Source: Balanoglossus misakiensis
Lineage: Eukaryota; Animalia; Hemichordata
Direction: 5' to 3'
NCBI GenBank assembly: GCA_040954595.2
Contig: CM082579.2
Location: 16,220,550-16,284,549 of the forward strand
Length of the DNA: 64,000 nt
The translations under genes were made by a program, and so were the position numbers. This document shows positions 51,626 to 64,000 of this stretch, in pieces. The first letter of the stretch is position 1; each line of letters begins with the position of its first letter. The notes under the pieces are model-generated. The model made no database searches, was not told where the DNA came from, and saw only the letters and a program-made list of their open reading frames with translations.

Positions 51626-51696
51626 AGTGTGTGAACAACCATTGGCCGCCACTGAACAGTACATCTGGATATTACCGCCATATAAATGTTTTTGAT

Positions 51697-52328
51697 TAGG
51701 TCCCATTGGTATGTACCATGGGACCTTATGGGACAGGTTGCGTCTGTATGTATGTATGTATGTATGTATGCATGCATGTATGTATGTAACAGTATGTATG
51801 TATGTATGTATGTATGTATGTATGTATGTGTGTATGTGTGTATGTCTGTATGTCCGTCCACATCAAAAACTTAAAAAACCTCTGCGTGTATCACCTTGAT
51901 ATTTTGTTTGCAGATGCAGGCTGGGCTGTAGATGGGAGTTCGTTCAAATGAAGTTGTCATTGCCAAAAATATGCAAATTAGCTGGGAAACTGTGAATTTG
52001 GTCAAAACTCAGTAACTCAAGAACTACTGGTCAGATTGCTTTACGAAGTGGTGTGGATTTACTTTATTGAGTTGTTTATATACACAGCAAATTCTTGAAT
52101 GATTACATAACTGGCTAAGTTTTAAAGAGACCAGCTGTTCTATTTAGTGTATGTACAGTACAAATGCCATTGGCAGCTTATGGGTCAGTCAGTGCTTGCC
52201 CATTGATCTCTCGCTATGTGTGTGTGTGTGTGTCTGTCTGTCTGTATATGTGAAAAAGTGTACTCCGGTGTACATTTTTTCTTGTGCAATTCCTCAATGG
52301 GACCATTGTGTCCTTGACACGATTTTTG
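51697..52328 (+). mobile_element. HINE/DINE-like element
   Basis: Collinear with 37575-38186; long (tgta)n. Confidence 0.75.
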
Positions 52329-52379
52329 ATTGATTGATTGATTGATTAATTGAACTTTGTCATGTTGTTATAATATTCA

Positions 52380-53026
52380 TTATTACACCTCATGTATTAT
52401 ACCGTATTCATGATTGGCTGAGATGCGCTCACGTGATATAGAAAAAAAAGTGATATAACATGGCTAGAGTTGATAAAGCCCTGTCGCGTGCGCTGATATT
52501 GGCCGCTGAGTTGTTTTGGTGTTCTGCGTGCGACTTCTGCGCAGACTAACTGTTGTTCAATGGCTTCCTTCACGATCAGTCAACTCCCGCATCTATGGCT
52601 TCAAAGCGACACATAAGCTTAATACCTGTTCAAATGGACGATATTTTATGCAAACAGACAGTAAATACACCAAAATCGCAACCAACAGCGCAGTATCCTC
52701 AAAATTGTCTGAGTTCGAAGTAGGTATAGTTCTTGGGAGATCGAGACATTTTACATTCTCAGCAACGTACGACATATGGACGCGAGTCTACGTTCTTCTA
52801 TGCTGTAGTGTATATATGTTCAAATGTTCGGCGTAATAAAATTAATAGCACATGATGCTTGGGCAACATCACGATTTGAATCCTGCCCTCGGGCTGGTGC
52901 TCTCTAACCACAATATTGATGATACCCTCGCCTGCGGCTCGGGCATCATCAATATTGTGGTCAGAGAGCACCATCCCTCATGCAGGCTTCAAATCGTGAT
53001 ATTGCTCTCTGTATCATGTTTTATTA
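52380..53026 (-). mobile_element. Long-hairpin element family F
   Basis: ~170-bp palindrome 52850-53020 centred on ctcgcctgcggctcg; left end approximate. Confidence 0.6.
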
Positions 53027-53315
53027 TTTATGTCTGTTATTGTTAATGTTGTTCCCTACCCTAGTGTCTCCGCACCATGGCATATCACAGCAGTGTGCCC
53101 TCTAGCCCATTTGTCACGCTACTGACTCAACAAGCTCAATGTTCACTCAAGAAAATTATCAACACCACATTCAAATGTATAGGGCTGCCTCAGAGAAATT
53201 TTTAGATATCCTTAAATTGACTCAAAGCTTTTAAAAATTGTGTTTGTTAAGGGCACACTGCACCACACAAAAGCACACCAAAGCACACCAAACCAATGAG
53301 TTTATACATGATATT

Positions 53316-55352
53316 TAGGGGACCAAGCGCCCTCAGGCGCTTGGTCCCCTTCTGTTATTGCTGGAGTTTTTCTTCTTTCTTCTTGAGTCGTTTTTTTGCT
53401 CCCGTTTTTCTCAAAATCGACGTGGCCTAGGACCTTGAAATTTGGCACGATGGTTGGGGCCCATGAGTACTGGTGCACCTGCCCTTTGAATTTTTAATTA
53501 GTCACGTGACTTGGTGACTATAATCGAGCGAAATTTTCAAATTGACCTAATTTGCACGTTAATGGGGGCATGTACATTCTTTTCGCGATTTTTGTAGATC
53601 ATGTGGCCAAAATCCCCTGTGCCAAATTTCAAGGTCCTAGGCCACGTCGATTTTGAGAAGAAGATTTTTGTAATATTTTTCACATTTTTTGGTGGGCTGA
53701 GGACGGACACTGGGGCATCGGACTTTGACCGTCATTACGTAATGTTGTGGAGATCTCATTAGCAGGCTACTCACTTCTGGCGGGTTGCAGTAGTCCTTGG
53801 AAAATCGGCTGAAATACGTAAACTGACCAGTGATTATTTTCCACGGAATGAATTTTGGGACAACACATTATCGGAGTTCAGGCTGTGTTAGGGCGTTTTA
53901 TTGAATTACGCTGAGTTTGTTAGCTAATGCCGTTCAAATGTTTCTATCCAGACCCGGCTACACTGGTTAAATTCAATGTAATGCGGCCGCGGACTTTGAC
54001 CCTCAGTCGCTAATGTGGCCGAAATACATCAGCAGACCAGTGATTTTCTTGCACGTAGGGAGTATGGTACCAGCAATAATCAGAGATCAGGCTTCGTTGC
54101 CGTTCAAAAGTTCCTACTTCAGTCGTGACGTTGCAACTGGACGTTCAGTATGGGGGTCGGCCCACAGGTGGCCGTGGGGGTTATCAGGTCGCCCGTAATG
54201 GCACGCAGCTTCATGCAGCTGTATGGGACCAAAATACTAGTAATACGTCCGATTCGGGGGTCACCTGTGACACCTGTGTAACTCAATTATGTGCGTAATT
54301 GTGGGGTCAATGAAAGGGATGCTAGCGTGGTATTTGTTGCACATGGATCAATTTGAAGTCCGATTTTCCTGTCAAGTTATGGGCGACCTTATGTGACATT
54401 TCACCTACTTTTGCTGAGTGAGCATCCATAGCAGATGCATGCAGCTTTGGCGTTGGGGGTGCGGGGGGCATATACGGATGGGACCATAATGATATACCAA
54501 AGGCGGGGTCCCCTGTTGCACCTGCCTAAGTCATTGATTTTGTACATTTAATTGGACACTAACCAACAGGGCAATATGTGTGGTTTTTGTTCCACAGGGA
54601 CGAATGTAAGTGTCAGTTTGTTTTTGCCCAAATGTATAAGTTGATTTGGATGACCTCTGTCATACAGTGCCATATCTCAGCCCGTTGTACAGGTGCAGCT
54701 TTGGTATTTGGAGAGATGAAACTATCATGAAATGTCAAATACAGGGGGATACCTGCGACACCTGCTTGATTCATGTATTACGTGCATACCTAATGGTAGG
54801 CAAAGTGAAAGGGCTGCAAATGTAGGATTTGTTGCACATGACATAAACAGGAATGAAAATTTTTTGTCAAATTTTTGGGTGACCTCAGGTGTCCATTGAC
54901 CTGCTTTCCATATGTTAGCACGCACATCATATATAGCCAGGTGTTTGGAGGGGTAGGGTAGGACCCTCTGCGTCATGAAATGCTAAATTCCTGGGGCCAC
55001 CTGTAACTTACTCGAGTAACTCATTATTATGGCCATATCTAATTTGACAAACCCAACCAGCGGGGATTTTCCGTTGTCTTGAATATGAACCAAATAAAAA
55101 AAATGTTGGGTACCCTCAGCTGACCTTTGAAGTATACTTACTGAAGTACTTACAACGTAGAAGTTCACCTTTGGTTGTTGTGTTTGTACTTGTTGTAGGA
55201 CATGCATTTCGGGTGGTTGCCTACTTCCCCATATCTCAACATCGAGAGCAAATACATACGGCCTACGCATTTGAATGGTACAACCCTGAATGGAGTCTAA
55301 TGGTTATTAACTCTATGCTTGGGCCCCTTCAATGCTGCTTGCAGCTTTAATT
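53316..55352 (+). mobile_element. Helentron-type non-autonomous element
   Basis: 5' ggggaccaagcgcc..ggcgcttggtcccc hairpin; 3' gcttgggcccc..aatgctgcttgcagctttaatt. Confidence 0.75.
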
Positions 55353-55451
55353 CTAGCTTTGTGTTTCACTTTCTGGCCGTTTTTCAGTCTTGTGAACAAG
55401 ATGTAATACATGTACAGTTCAAAAGAGTTTGATTTCAACTGTTCTCCACAG

Positions 55452-55701
55452 TCAAAAGAGCTTCTAAGAGGGCTTTTGAACAAGACGGCTGTCAAATCAA
55501 GTGCTGCAGAGGTCTACACAGGATATATGGGATAGCCTTCTACAGTCAGTTCAAAATACCCATCAATACCCAGCTTGCATTGCATGCACAGGAAGTCACA
55601 CAGACACTGATGAAGGAGGCAGTGTCAAACTCCACTGTTATTAGTACCATACTGAATGGATTGCTGGATCACATCACCAACAATAGAGACCTTAGGAAAA
55701 A
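55452..55701 (+). pseudogene. PRKDC: DNA-PKcs exon with frameshift near 55520
   Basis: SKELLRGLLN.. then shifted YGIAFYSQF..INTQL...ILNGLLDH (cf. HGEYFYSLFSETINTEL..VLNGMLDQ). Confidence 0.85.
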
Positions 55702-55729
55702 GTAAGCTTCTCAGAATCAATTGCCACTA

Positions 55730-56615
55730 AAATTGTGTCCCCTCGGATCTGTGAGTCACCCCAAAATAAATCGCCCCAAAACAGACTGTTTTTGGGTGAC
55801 TCGCAGTCCCTACAAACATAATTATGCTCTTACCGGTACGTGAATACGGCCAGTCCATATGTGTTTTATAACAGACCTCATCCAACAGTAGCATAAAATC
55901 AGGACATTTCTCCACTGTCATCAAGTTGGTCTCAGGCAAAGATAAAATTGCACTTGTAGTTTTCTGGAGTGTGCATGTCTAGATGGTGCTTTCCAACCTA
56001 GCCAGGCAACAGTTTAACAGTTTTCGGAACTGTTGCCTGACAATGTAACTTTTGACTGGTAAGTCCTCTTTTGTATGTATCAGTGTGAAATTGATGCACC
56101 CTACATGACTGCACATTATACACATGTTGACTGGCTATAAGGGCATCAGCATACATCTGTAACCCAAGGGAGTGCGAGTCATCCCCAAAACAGACTGTTT
56201 CACTTGACCTTCGCCCTCGGGAAACAGTCTGTTTTGGGGGTGACTCACAGTCCCGAGGGGTGAAAGACGTATGCTGATGCCTGAAAAGCCAGTCAATATG
56301 TGTTTTGTAACACATCTCATTCGCAGCTACGCATAAGAACTCACGATACAAAAATTGTATGGTGAAATTTCTCAACTATCCTTTCCTTCGGCCGCAGATG
56401 ACATCTTTGTTTGCTTTCTATATCGCACATGCCCAACATGTTGTTTTTGATGTGAGCAGGCATCATTTTTTGGAACTGATGCCTGGCGTGCAACAGTTCC
56501 AACAACTGATGGCTGATGACATCATTTTATATGGATCAGCACAAAAAGAACGCGTACTACTTGACAATTGATTAATGAATGAGAACACTGACTGTGGATG
56601 AGGTGTGTTATAAAC
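55730..56615. mobile_element. Hairpin-bearing repeat with partial duplication
   Basis: ccccaaaacagactgttt / aaacagtctgttttgggg palindrome 56165-56260; related block 55735-55885. Confidence 0.5.
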
Positions 56616-56766
56616 TGATTTCATGATTAAACAAACTTCACACCCATAACTTCAAATACTAAAAAATTGCAACTGGAAAACAGAATTCCATTGTGTACAC
56701 TACTTGTCATCAAACCCTACTACATCATATTAGTTTTTTGTGGATGTTCTTCAATAATTATTTCAG

Positions 56767-56902
56767 TCAAGGCATGACAGTACACGCAGCCATATTATCT
56801 AACTGGAATTTATTGAAGTCCTGGTGGAGTGATGGTGCTACTCCTGACCAGAGAAGTTCTGTTATCATTTTGCTGAAGAAACTCTTGCAGATTGATTCCA
56901 AG
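56767..56902 (+). pseudogene. PRKDC: DNA-PKcs exon (QG...WNLLKSWW...LLKKLLQIDS)
   Basis: tttcag/gttggt; cf. QGLKL..WKKCDSWW..LLAKILQIDS. Confidence 0.9.
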
Positions 56903-57294
56903 GTTGGTCATTTGAATCTAAATTAAGCCTGTATGGCACACCATGAAAGCCCCCTGAGCTGCCACATTTCACACATTTTTTCTACAATAAAATCTTTTCC
57001 CTATTCTTTAGAATCATCAAGCTGTTTTGCTTGTATTTGTATCAGTTTTGTACACTTTGCATGGAGGCCGATTAAATGAGTGTGTCACCTGTAACCGTAT
57101 GCTTCACATACAATTTACATTTCCTAATGGTAAATAAACTGCCTCTCTCGCTAGCTGGAGAAATGTAAATATATTGCAGATCCTGTGGTATTACCGAGTG
57201 AAGTTATCGGTCTATGAATTTTGAATTATGTCTCCGGACAACTCATTGTGCACACTTTTATTTGTAATGTTTCAAAAAGTAAACACCCAATTAA

Positions 57295-60200
57295 GGTGGT
57301 TGGAAATGCTAGGGTGTCAGTTAAAATTTCATTTAAAACCACTGAATTTATATCTAAAAATGTATTTGAGAAAAATTAAAACATTGAAAAATTCTGGGCA
57401 ATAAACGTGTAACAAGATATGGCTGGTTTTATGATAGCTAATTTCATACACCTGGCAAAGAAGCTAGGGAATCTTATTATCGACGGCATATAATTGAGGT
57501 TGTTTGAAAAATCTGTAAATTCTCCACTGCCACTCGATAGAACATCTTTTTACGCCAACGGAGTGAGCTCGACTCTTGATTGGCAATGGTTGACTGCGTT
57601 ACGTGCGTATGATTGACTGCCGTGTTCGACCGGTCCATGTTCAGATTCTTCCCCTGTCCTGCTCGGACTAGTAGTCTCTCTTGGCCCTGGCTGCTTGTAC
57701 GTTTGACACGTTTTGCTGTAAGTCCACTTTCGGACTAAAAAATTGAAGCTTTCGCATCAATTTTTACCCACTCGTGTCACGCTCACGGAACAGGCAAACG
57801 CATATACTCAACCAGCGATGTAGGACTCCCACAGCGACTTGTTGCTATACAAGACGCTACGCATGCGCACAAGGACGGGTTCCCCTAGCCAAGGGCATTT
57901 AAATGTAACTTGCAAACACTGATTCTTGCAATATTCAGCGATAGATAGCCTTGCTTGTACATTAAAGGCTGCCAAATTATGGACATTTTTACGCTTCTTT
58001 GGAACCCCAAAGGCCAGCGGAAAGGAGTTTGACCCAGATAAATGCGATCCTTTGCCGTGAACTGCCGCTAAACCTTGCGTATTTCGCTACTTTTCTGGCC
58101 TTCGCCATAATGTTATGGTTTTTATTTGTGATTGAATTGGTATGCCAGATAATTTTTTTATCATGAAACTTTCAGGAAAGGCTCGGAACATCCAAAAGAA
58201 CAATTTAACGGAGCAGTTTTTGCATAAATTTTCCCAGTGTGTTTTTGCAGCACGTTCAAGTTGTATACAAAATATCAACAAAAACTGTTTTTAGGTCCCA
58301 TGGGTATAGGCCTATATACCATGGGATGGGTTGCGTCTGTATGTATGTATGGATGGATGGATGTATGTATGGATGTATGGATGTATGTCTGTATGACCGT
58401 CCACATCAAAAACTTGAAAACCGCTGCGCGTATCACGTCAATATTTGGTGTGTAGGTGCAGGCTGGGCTGTAGATGGGAGTTTGTCCAAACGAAGTTGCC
58501 AGGCCCAAAAATATGCAAATTAGCTTGTAAAATGTGAAATTGATCAAAACTCTGTAAGTCACCAATTACTGGTCAGTTTGCTTTGAAAATTTGTATGTAT
58601 GTACCTTTTGTCAACCTCACACCGACCTGTAAGTGTTAAATTGATATCATGGATGTTTTATTTTTTATGAATTTTTATTAAATTTATACCTTTACTTATA
58701 CCTCTATGGTTAAGCTATGTCCACACCTTATTGTGGAATTCTGGTCTGTGCAATAGTCCTGTACAGTGACTGTCTATTGGTCAGTGAGCACAATGGGGCC
58801 AAAATAAAAGGCAAATTTTTGGGCTCACCTGTAACACCTGCTTAACACATTAATTATGTGCATACCTAATTCCGGGCTAACTAGAGGTTTCGTTCTTGTG
58901 GGACATCGACCAGTATAGGGTCAAAATTTCTTGCCCAAATTTTGGGTGACCTCAGGTGACCTTTGACCTACTTTCCTATATCTCGGCATCCAGAGCAGGT
59001 ACAGACTTGGCGTTTGGAGGGTTAGGACTAAAATTGAAAAGCCAAAATATGGGTCACCTGTGACACCTGCATATCTCATTAATTATGTGCATACCTAATT
59101 CCAGGCTAACCAATAGGGCTATAGGTTTTGTTTTTGTTGAACATGGACCAGTATAGGGTCAAAATTTCTTGCCCAAATTTTACATGACCTCAGGTGACCT
59201 TTTACCTACTTTTCCATATCTTGGCATCCAGAGCAGGTACAGACTTGGCGTTTGGAGGATTGGCACTAAAATTGAAAAGCCCAAATTGGGGGTCACCTGT
59301 GACACCTGCATATCTCATTAATTATGTGCATACCTAATTCCAGGCTAACCAATAAGGCTATAGGTTTGGTTTTTGTTGAACATGGACCAGTATAGGGTCA
59401 AAATTTCTTGCCCAAATTTTGCATGACCTACGGTGACCATTGACCTACTTTACCATATCTTGGCATCCAGAGCAGGTACAGACATGGCGTTTGGAGGGTT
59501 AGCACCAAAATTGGGGGTCACCTGTGACACCTGCATATCTCATTAATTATGTGCATACCTAATTCCAGGCTAACCAATAAGGCTATAGGTTTGGTTTTTA
59601 TTGAACATGGACCAGTATAAGGTCAAAATTTCTTGCCCAAATTTTGCATGACCTCAGGTGACCTTTGACCTACTTTATCATATCTTGGCATCCAGAGCAG
59701 GTACAGACTTGGCGTTTGGAGGATTGGCACTAAAATTGAAAAGCCCAAATTGGGGGTCACCTGTGACACCTGCATATCTCATTAATTATGTGCATACCTA
59801 ATTCCAGGCTAACCAATAAGGCTATAGGTTTGGTTTTTGTTGAACATGGACCAGTATAGGGTCAACATTTCTTGCCCAAATTTTGCATGACCTTAGGTGA
59901 CCTTTGACCTACTTTACCATATCTTGGCATCCAGAGCAGGTACAGACATGGCGTTTGGAGGGTTAGCACCAAAATTGGGGGTCACCTGTGACACCTGCAT
60001 ATCTCATTAATTATGTGCATACCTAATTACAGGCAAACCAATAGGGCTATAGGTTTGGTTTTTGTGGAACATGGACCAGTATAGGGTCAAAATTTCTTGC
60101 CCAAATTTTGCATGACCTCAGGTGACCTTTGACCTACTTTTCCATATCTTGGCATCCAGAGCAGATATGATTATTGCTATGTCCTCAAATGGGACCACAG

Positions 60201-60549
60201 TGTCCTTGACGCTATATTTTCCTGACTGATAACTTAAAAAAAATAAGTTTATGCTGAAAATGTCCCGTACATTGCTTGAGGGGTTGCTTAATATTAAAAT
60301 GAATACAAATTATTCAATAATTTGTGAAAACATGTCAAGATTCAATCAATGTTTTGTAAAATTATGAATATTTATATTTAGGCTTATCAAATTTCATAAT
60401 TTTAGCAGGTATTTTTACAGTCATATTTTTCCCTCACTTTTTAGATTGTTAACAAAAACTTGCTGCAAATTTCAAGTCATTATCTTTATTCTAACTTGTG
60501 AAAATAAAACATTGAGAGAATTTGCTTCAAAAATAGCCTTTCCAACCAC
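57295..60549. mobile_element. TTAA-flanked Kolobok-like element containing a HINE insert
   Basis: ttaa|ggtggttggaaatgcta ... tagcctttccaaccac|ttaa. Confidence 0.6.
58291..60220 (+). mobile_element. HINE-like element with internal ~226-239-bp tandem array (about 6 units, 58820-60165)
   Basis: ttaggtcccatggg...gggaccacagtgtccttgacgc; repeated gtcacctgtgacacctgc units. Confidence 0.8.
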
Positions 60550-61321
60550 TTAAGATGGGTCCCCCTGATCTTTTTGCCCGTTGCTATAGGCCTTTATAGG
60601 ACACTACACTCAATTTTGATCGCAACCGTTATGAACGTCCGACAAGGGGCTTGTAACTAGTTAAAAATACACATGATTGTGTGCACACCCCCTGTCTGAG
60701 TATGGTGACGGCAGCTACCACCCGGACATAGGCCGCCACGCTAATACGGCAAAGCAGCGGTCAGCGATAGCGTGCGCGTCCTGTAACCACAGTAACTGGA
60801 TCGAACGCTAAAAATCCAATGTTTTGTACACAGAGATTTTGTACCGTTCACGAAAATCCCTAAGGCTTTTTTCACAGGCGACGTAGGCCAGCCAAATTTG
60901 ACCTGCTTGTTGAGAACGCACTTCCGCACAGTGTGACGGATCGTTTTTTCGGTTTTCGTCGTGCTAAGAAGCGATACCGGTGGAAGAGTGCGTCCAAAAA
61001 CACCCAAAATCGATGACTTTTTCAGGTGTGGTACGGGTATGCTGAAATCGTAGGATACAACGATAATATTTGAAAACAAAATCCGTCACGATCTTCCCTG
61101 GTTCAAGCAACTAATGAATACGTATCAAGTTCGTTTTTGAGGTCACGGAATAAAAAGCCTTAGGCTTTTTGAAATTTGACCTAGCTAATTTGCATATCAA
61201 TGGCGTCAGGGGGCGCGCGCTCACAATCGTGCAGATTTTCAACTAGTTACCAGCCCCTTGTTAGACTCTGAAAACGGCTTAGTCCAAATCGGGGTGTAAT
61301 GTCCTACAAAGGCCCATTAGT

Positions 61322-62385
61322 CAGGTGGAAATTTCAGAAAATGAGCATTTTAAAAGCATGTCAGGCATTTTTTGGTACAAGCTGGGAACAAGTTGTTTTT
61401 GGATATTTCGAATACGCTGATTTCGAATTTGCCTGTTCCCAAAAATTCTTTTCACGTTTTCATGTCGAAAATGGCAAATTAATTTGTGACGTCATAATTT
61501 AGAAATACCTAAAAGAAAACGCTGTTTGTAGCCATTATGGTGCAATATCACAGGTCAACACCATAATAGTCTATTGAAATCATATTCTTATATTCATTTA
61601 AATATTTTTAAACAATTTTTTTAATTTAGAAACATTTTGTGAATTGGTAAAATGCTAATTTATGTTAATTAGGTCCAGGTGGAAATTTCAGAAAATGAGC
61701 ATTTTAAAAGCATGTCATTCATTTTTTTGGTACAAGCTGGGAACAAGTTGTTTTTGGATATTTCGAATACGCTGATTTCGAATTTGCCTGTTCCCAAAAA
61801 TTCTTTTCACGTTTTCATGTCGAAAATGGCAAATTAATTTGTGACGTCATAATTTAGAAATACCTAAAAGAAAACGCTGTTTGTAGCCATTATGGTGCAA
61901 TATCACAGGTCAACACCATAATAGTCTATTGAAATCATATTCTTATATTCATTTAAATATTTTTAAACAATTTTTTTAATTTAGAAACATTTTGTGAATT
62001 GGTAAAATGCTAATTTATGTTAATTAGGTCCAGGTGGAAATTTCAGAAAATGAGCATTTTAAAAGCATGTCATTCATTTTTTTGGTACAAGCTGGGAACA
62101 AGTTGTTTTTGGATATTTCGAATACGCTGATTTCGAATTTGCCTGTTCCCAAAAATTCTTTTCACGTTTTCATGTCGAAAATGGCAAATTAATTTGTGAC
62201 GTCATAATTTAGAAATACCTAAAAGAAAACGCTGTTTGTAGCCATTATGGTGCAATATCACAGGTCAACACCATAATAGTCTATTGAAATCATATTCTTA
62301 TATCATTTAAATATTTTTAAACAATTTTTTTAATTTAGAAACATTTTGTGAATTGGTAAAAATGCTAATTTATGTTAATTAGGTG
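61322..62385 (+). repeat. ~355-bp tandem repeat, 3 near-identical units
   Basis: caggtggaaatttcagaaaatgagc at 61322, 61676, 62030. Confidence 0.95.
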
Positions 62386-62899
62386 ACACGCCCATCTAAA
62401 ATCAATGGTCTACAAAAGAGAGCCAACGATGTTAAGTGAGGTGTCTATTCCAATGTTTTCAGGGTCAAGGAATTCAAATATGCAATCGTTTACCTTGTCA
62501 GACAAGGTGCAGCATGGAAAATATGCAAAATTAGCTTAATTAGTCATGATGTCATGCTAAAATTGACAACTGAAAGCTAATGATACAACTCTGGCCTGTG
62601 AGGTGTCTATTCACATGTTTTTTGGCAAATGTTTGCATTTTAATGAATAACTGAAATGAAACTTTTCATATTTGTATGTACATGTAATAGCATGTAAAAA
62701 ACAACAAAAACAAACAAATAAACATACATGTATATACATGTATGTTTAATCCACTTGGGTGTCGTACTTGGCTCAGATGTGCGTTAATGTGTACTAAACA
62801 AATTCAGATAGCGAGCCACAATATCTGTTGATGAGTTTCCATGGCAACCATTTTTTCATTTTCTTCAAAATGGCCGCCAATACAGATAATCTCACCCAC

Positions 62900-64000
62900 A
62901 AAATAACAATTATAAAACACCACAATAAATTCATATTACAATATTTGAAACAAGAAACTGCTCAAAGAGTAATTTTCAAAATATATATCATCACTAAACT
63001 AGTTATAGGGGTAAATACAGGATCGAGATTCAGTCGCTAAAGAAATTCAAGTTTGGTAATAACCCCGGTTACAACAAACTTAGTTAAAACACTGTATAAC
63101 CATATATATATTATAATAGTGGTCTGGCATAAACACAATTTTCGTAACATTTGGGCATTTTGTGATAAAAGTTTAACAAGTAAAGCTCAGTTGATTCGTT
63201 ATTTTCCCCATAAAAATATCTTTGATGAACAAAATTCCAAATTTAGTCAACCCAGGAAAAAACGGCATCTTGTTTCTCAACCTTATAAATTGATCTGACC
63301 AGTTTCAATCAGTGCAGAATCCAGCTTTTCTATTTTATCTTCATCAAATGATTCATGCAAATAAAGAATCACTTCCCCATAAAATGGTGGCAGAAAGCAA
63401 GTATCATGACAGTCGATTGGTTTGTTAAAGTTACTATAGAAACAAACTATGTCTAGGGTGCATGTACATAGATAGATGTTAGGAATCAAAATCTGTTTCA
63501 AACTTTTCATCCAATACTTGTCCTTCGGAAAGCGTTTTGATGAAGTCGCTTGAAGTGCTTTGTATTGCTCATGTTATCGATAATTTTAATCGCACCTTGA
63601 TGATAGTCAGCAGTTCTATTTTGACATGTTATTTTGTGTATTTTTGAACCCCCAAAATCAAAGAATAAAATGATAAAGTGAAAATAAGCTTCAAAACACC
63701 AAAAGTCTTCAGGATCACAGCTTTTCTGTAAAGAGTAAGATTTCGCTTACTTCATGCTATTAAATGAAATGAAGTTTTCCGTAATATCTCTTGCAAAGTC
63801 AGATCTTTACACATTGAGATATTAGAATGGAAGTACATTCCAAGTGACTTGTTGGGAGCCTTGGGGCACCTAATCCCAGAAAATTGCAATAAGACCTGTT
63901 TTTCCATTTACCAATCTAAAGGCCAACTGCTTGTATATTTAGTTGGGTTTCTATAATTAACACACATTTTTGACAATATTTATGGCATGATGGACACTAT
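62900..64000 (-). mobile_element. L1/Tx1-like LINE ORF2 remnant
   Basis: Minus-strand motifs KSLGMYF, KRNLTLYRKAVILKTFGVLKLIF, LPPFY, FGILFIKDIF. Confidence 0.7.

Noticed and set aside
51622-51899. HTYI/YVCM repeat ORFs
   Set aside because: Translations of (tgta)n microsatellite

Overview
AT-rich, repeat-dense eukaryotic (metazoan, probably marine invertebrate) genomic DNA; no prokaryotic genes, RNA genes or CRISPR arrays are supported. On the + strand it holds three unrelated, intron-containing and disabled gene fragments head-to-tail: MED25 (VWA to ACID exons, ~8.1-16.9 kb), five calcium-binding EGF exons (14.8-34.4 kb) and seven consecutive DNA-PKcs/PRKDC exons (37.2-56.9 kb) with frameshifts and a stop. 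A 2.18-kb tandem duplication spans the MED25/EGF junction. An 11.7-kb AcademX-like DNA transposon (TIRs, TGTA target duplication) carries an OTU-like module inside its transposase and several nested elements, including a Transib/RAG-like MITE with bipartite RSS-like ends. The rest is MITEs (Harbinger, Academ-, CACTA-, Kolobok-like), Helentron-type interspersed elements, long-hairpin elements, L2/CR1 and Tx1 fragments and tandem repeats. Protein identities come from recalled motif similarity, not from database searches.
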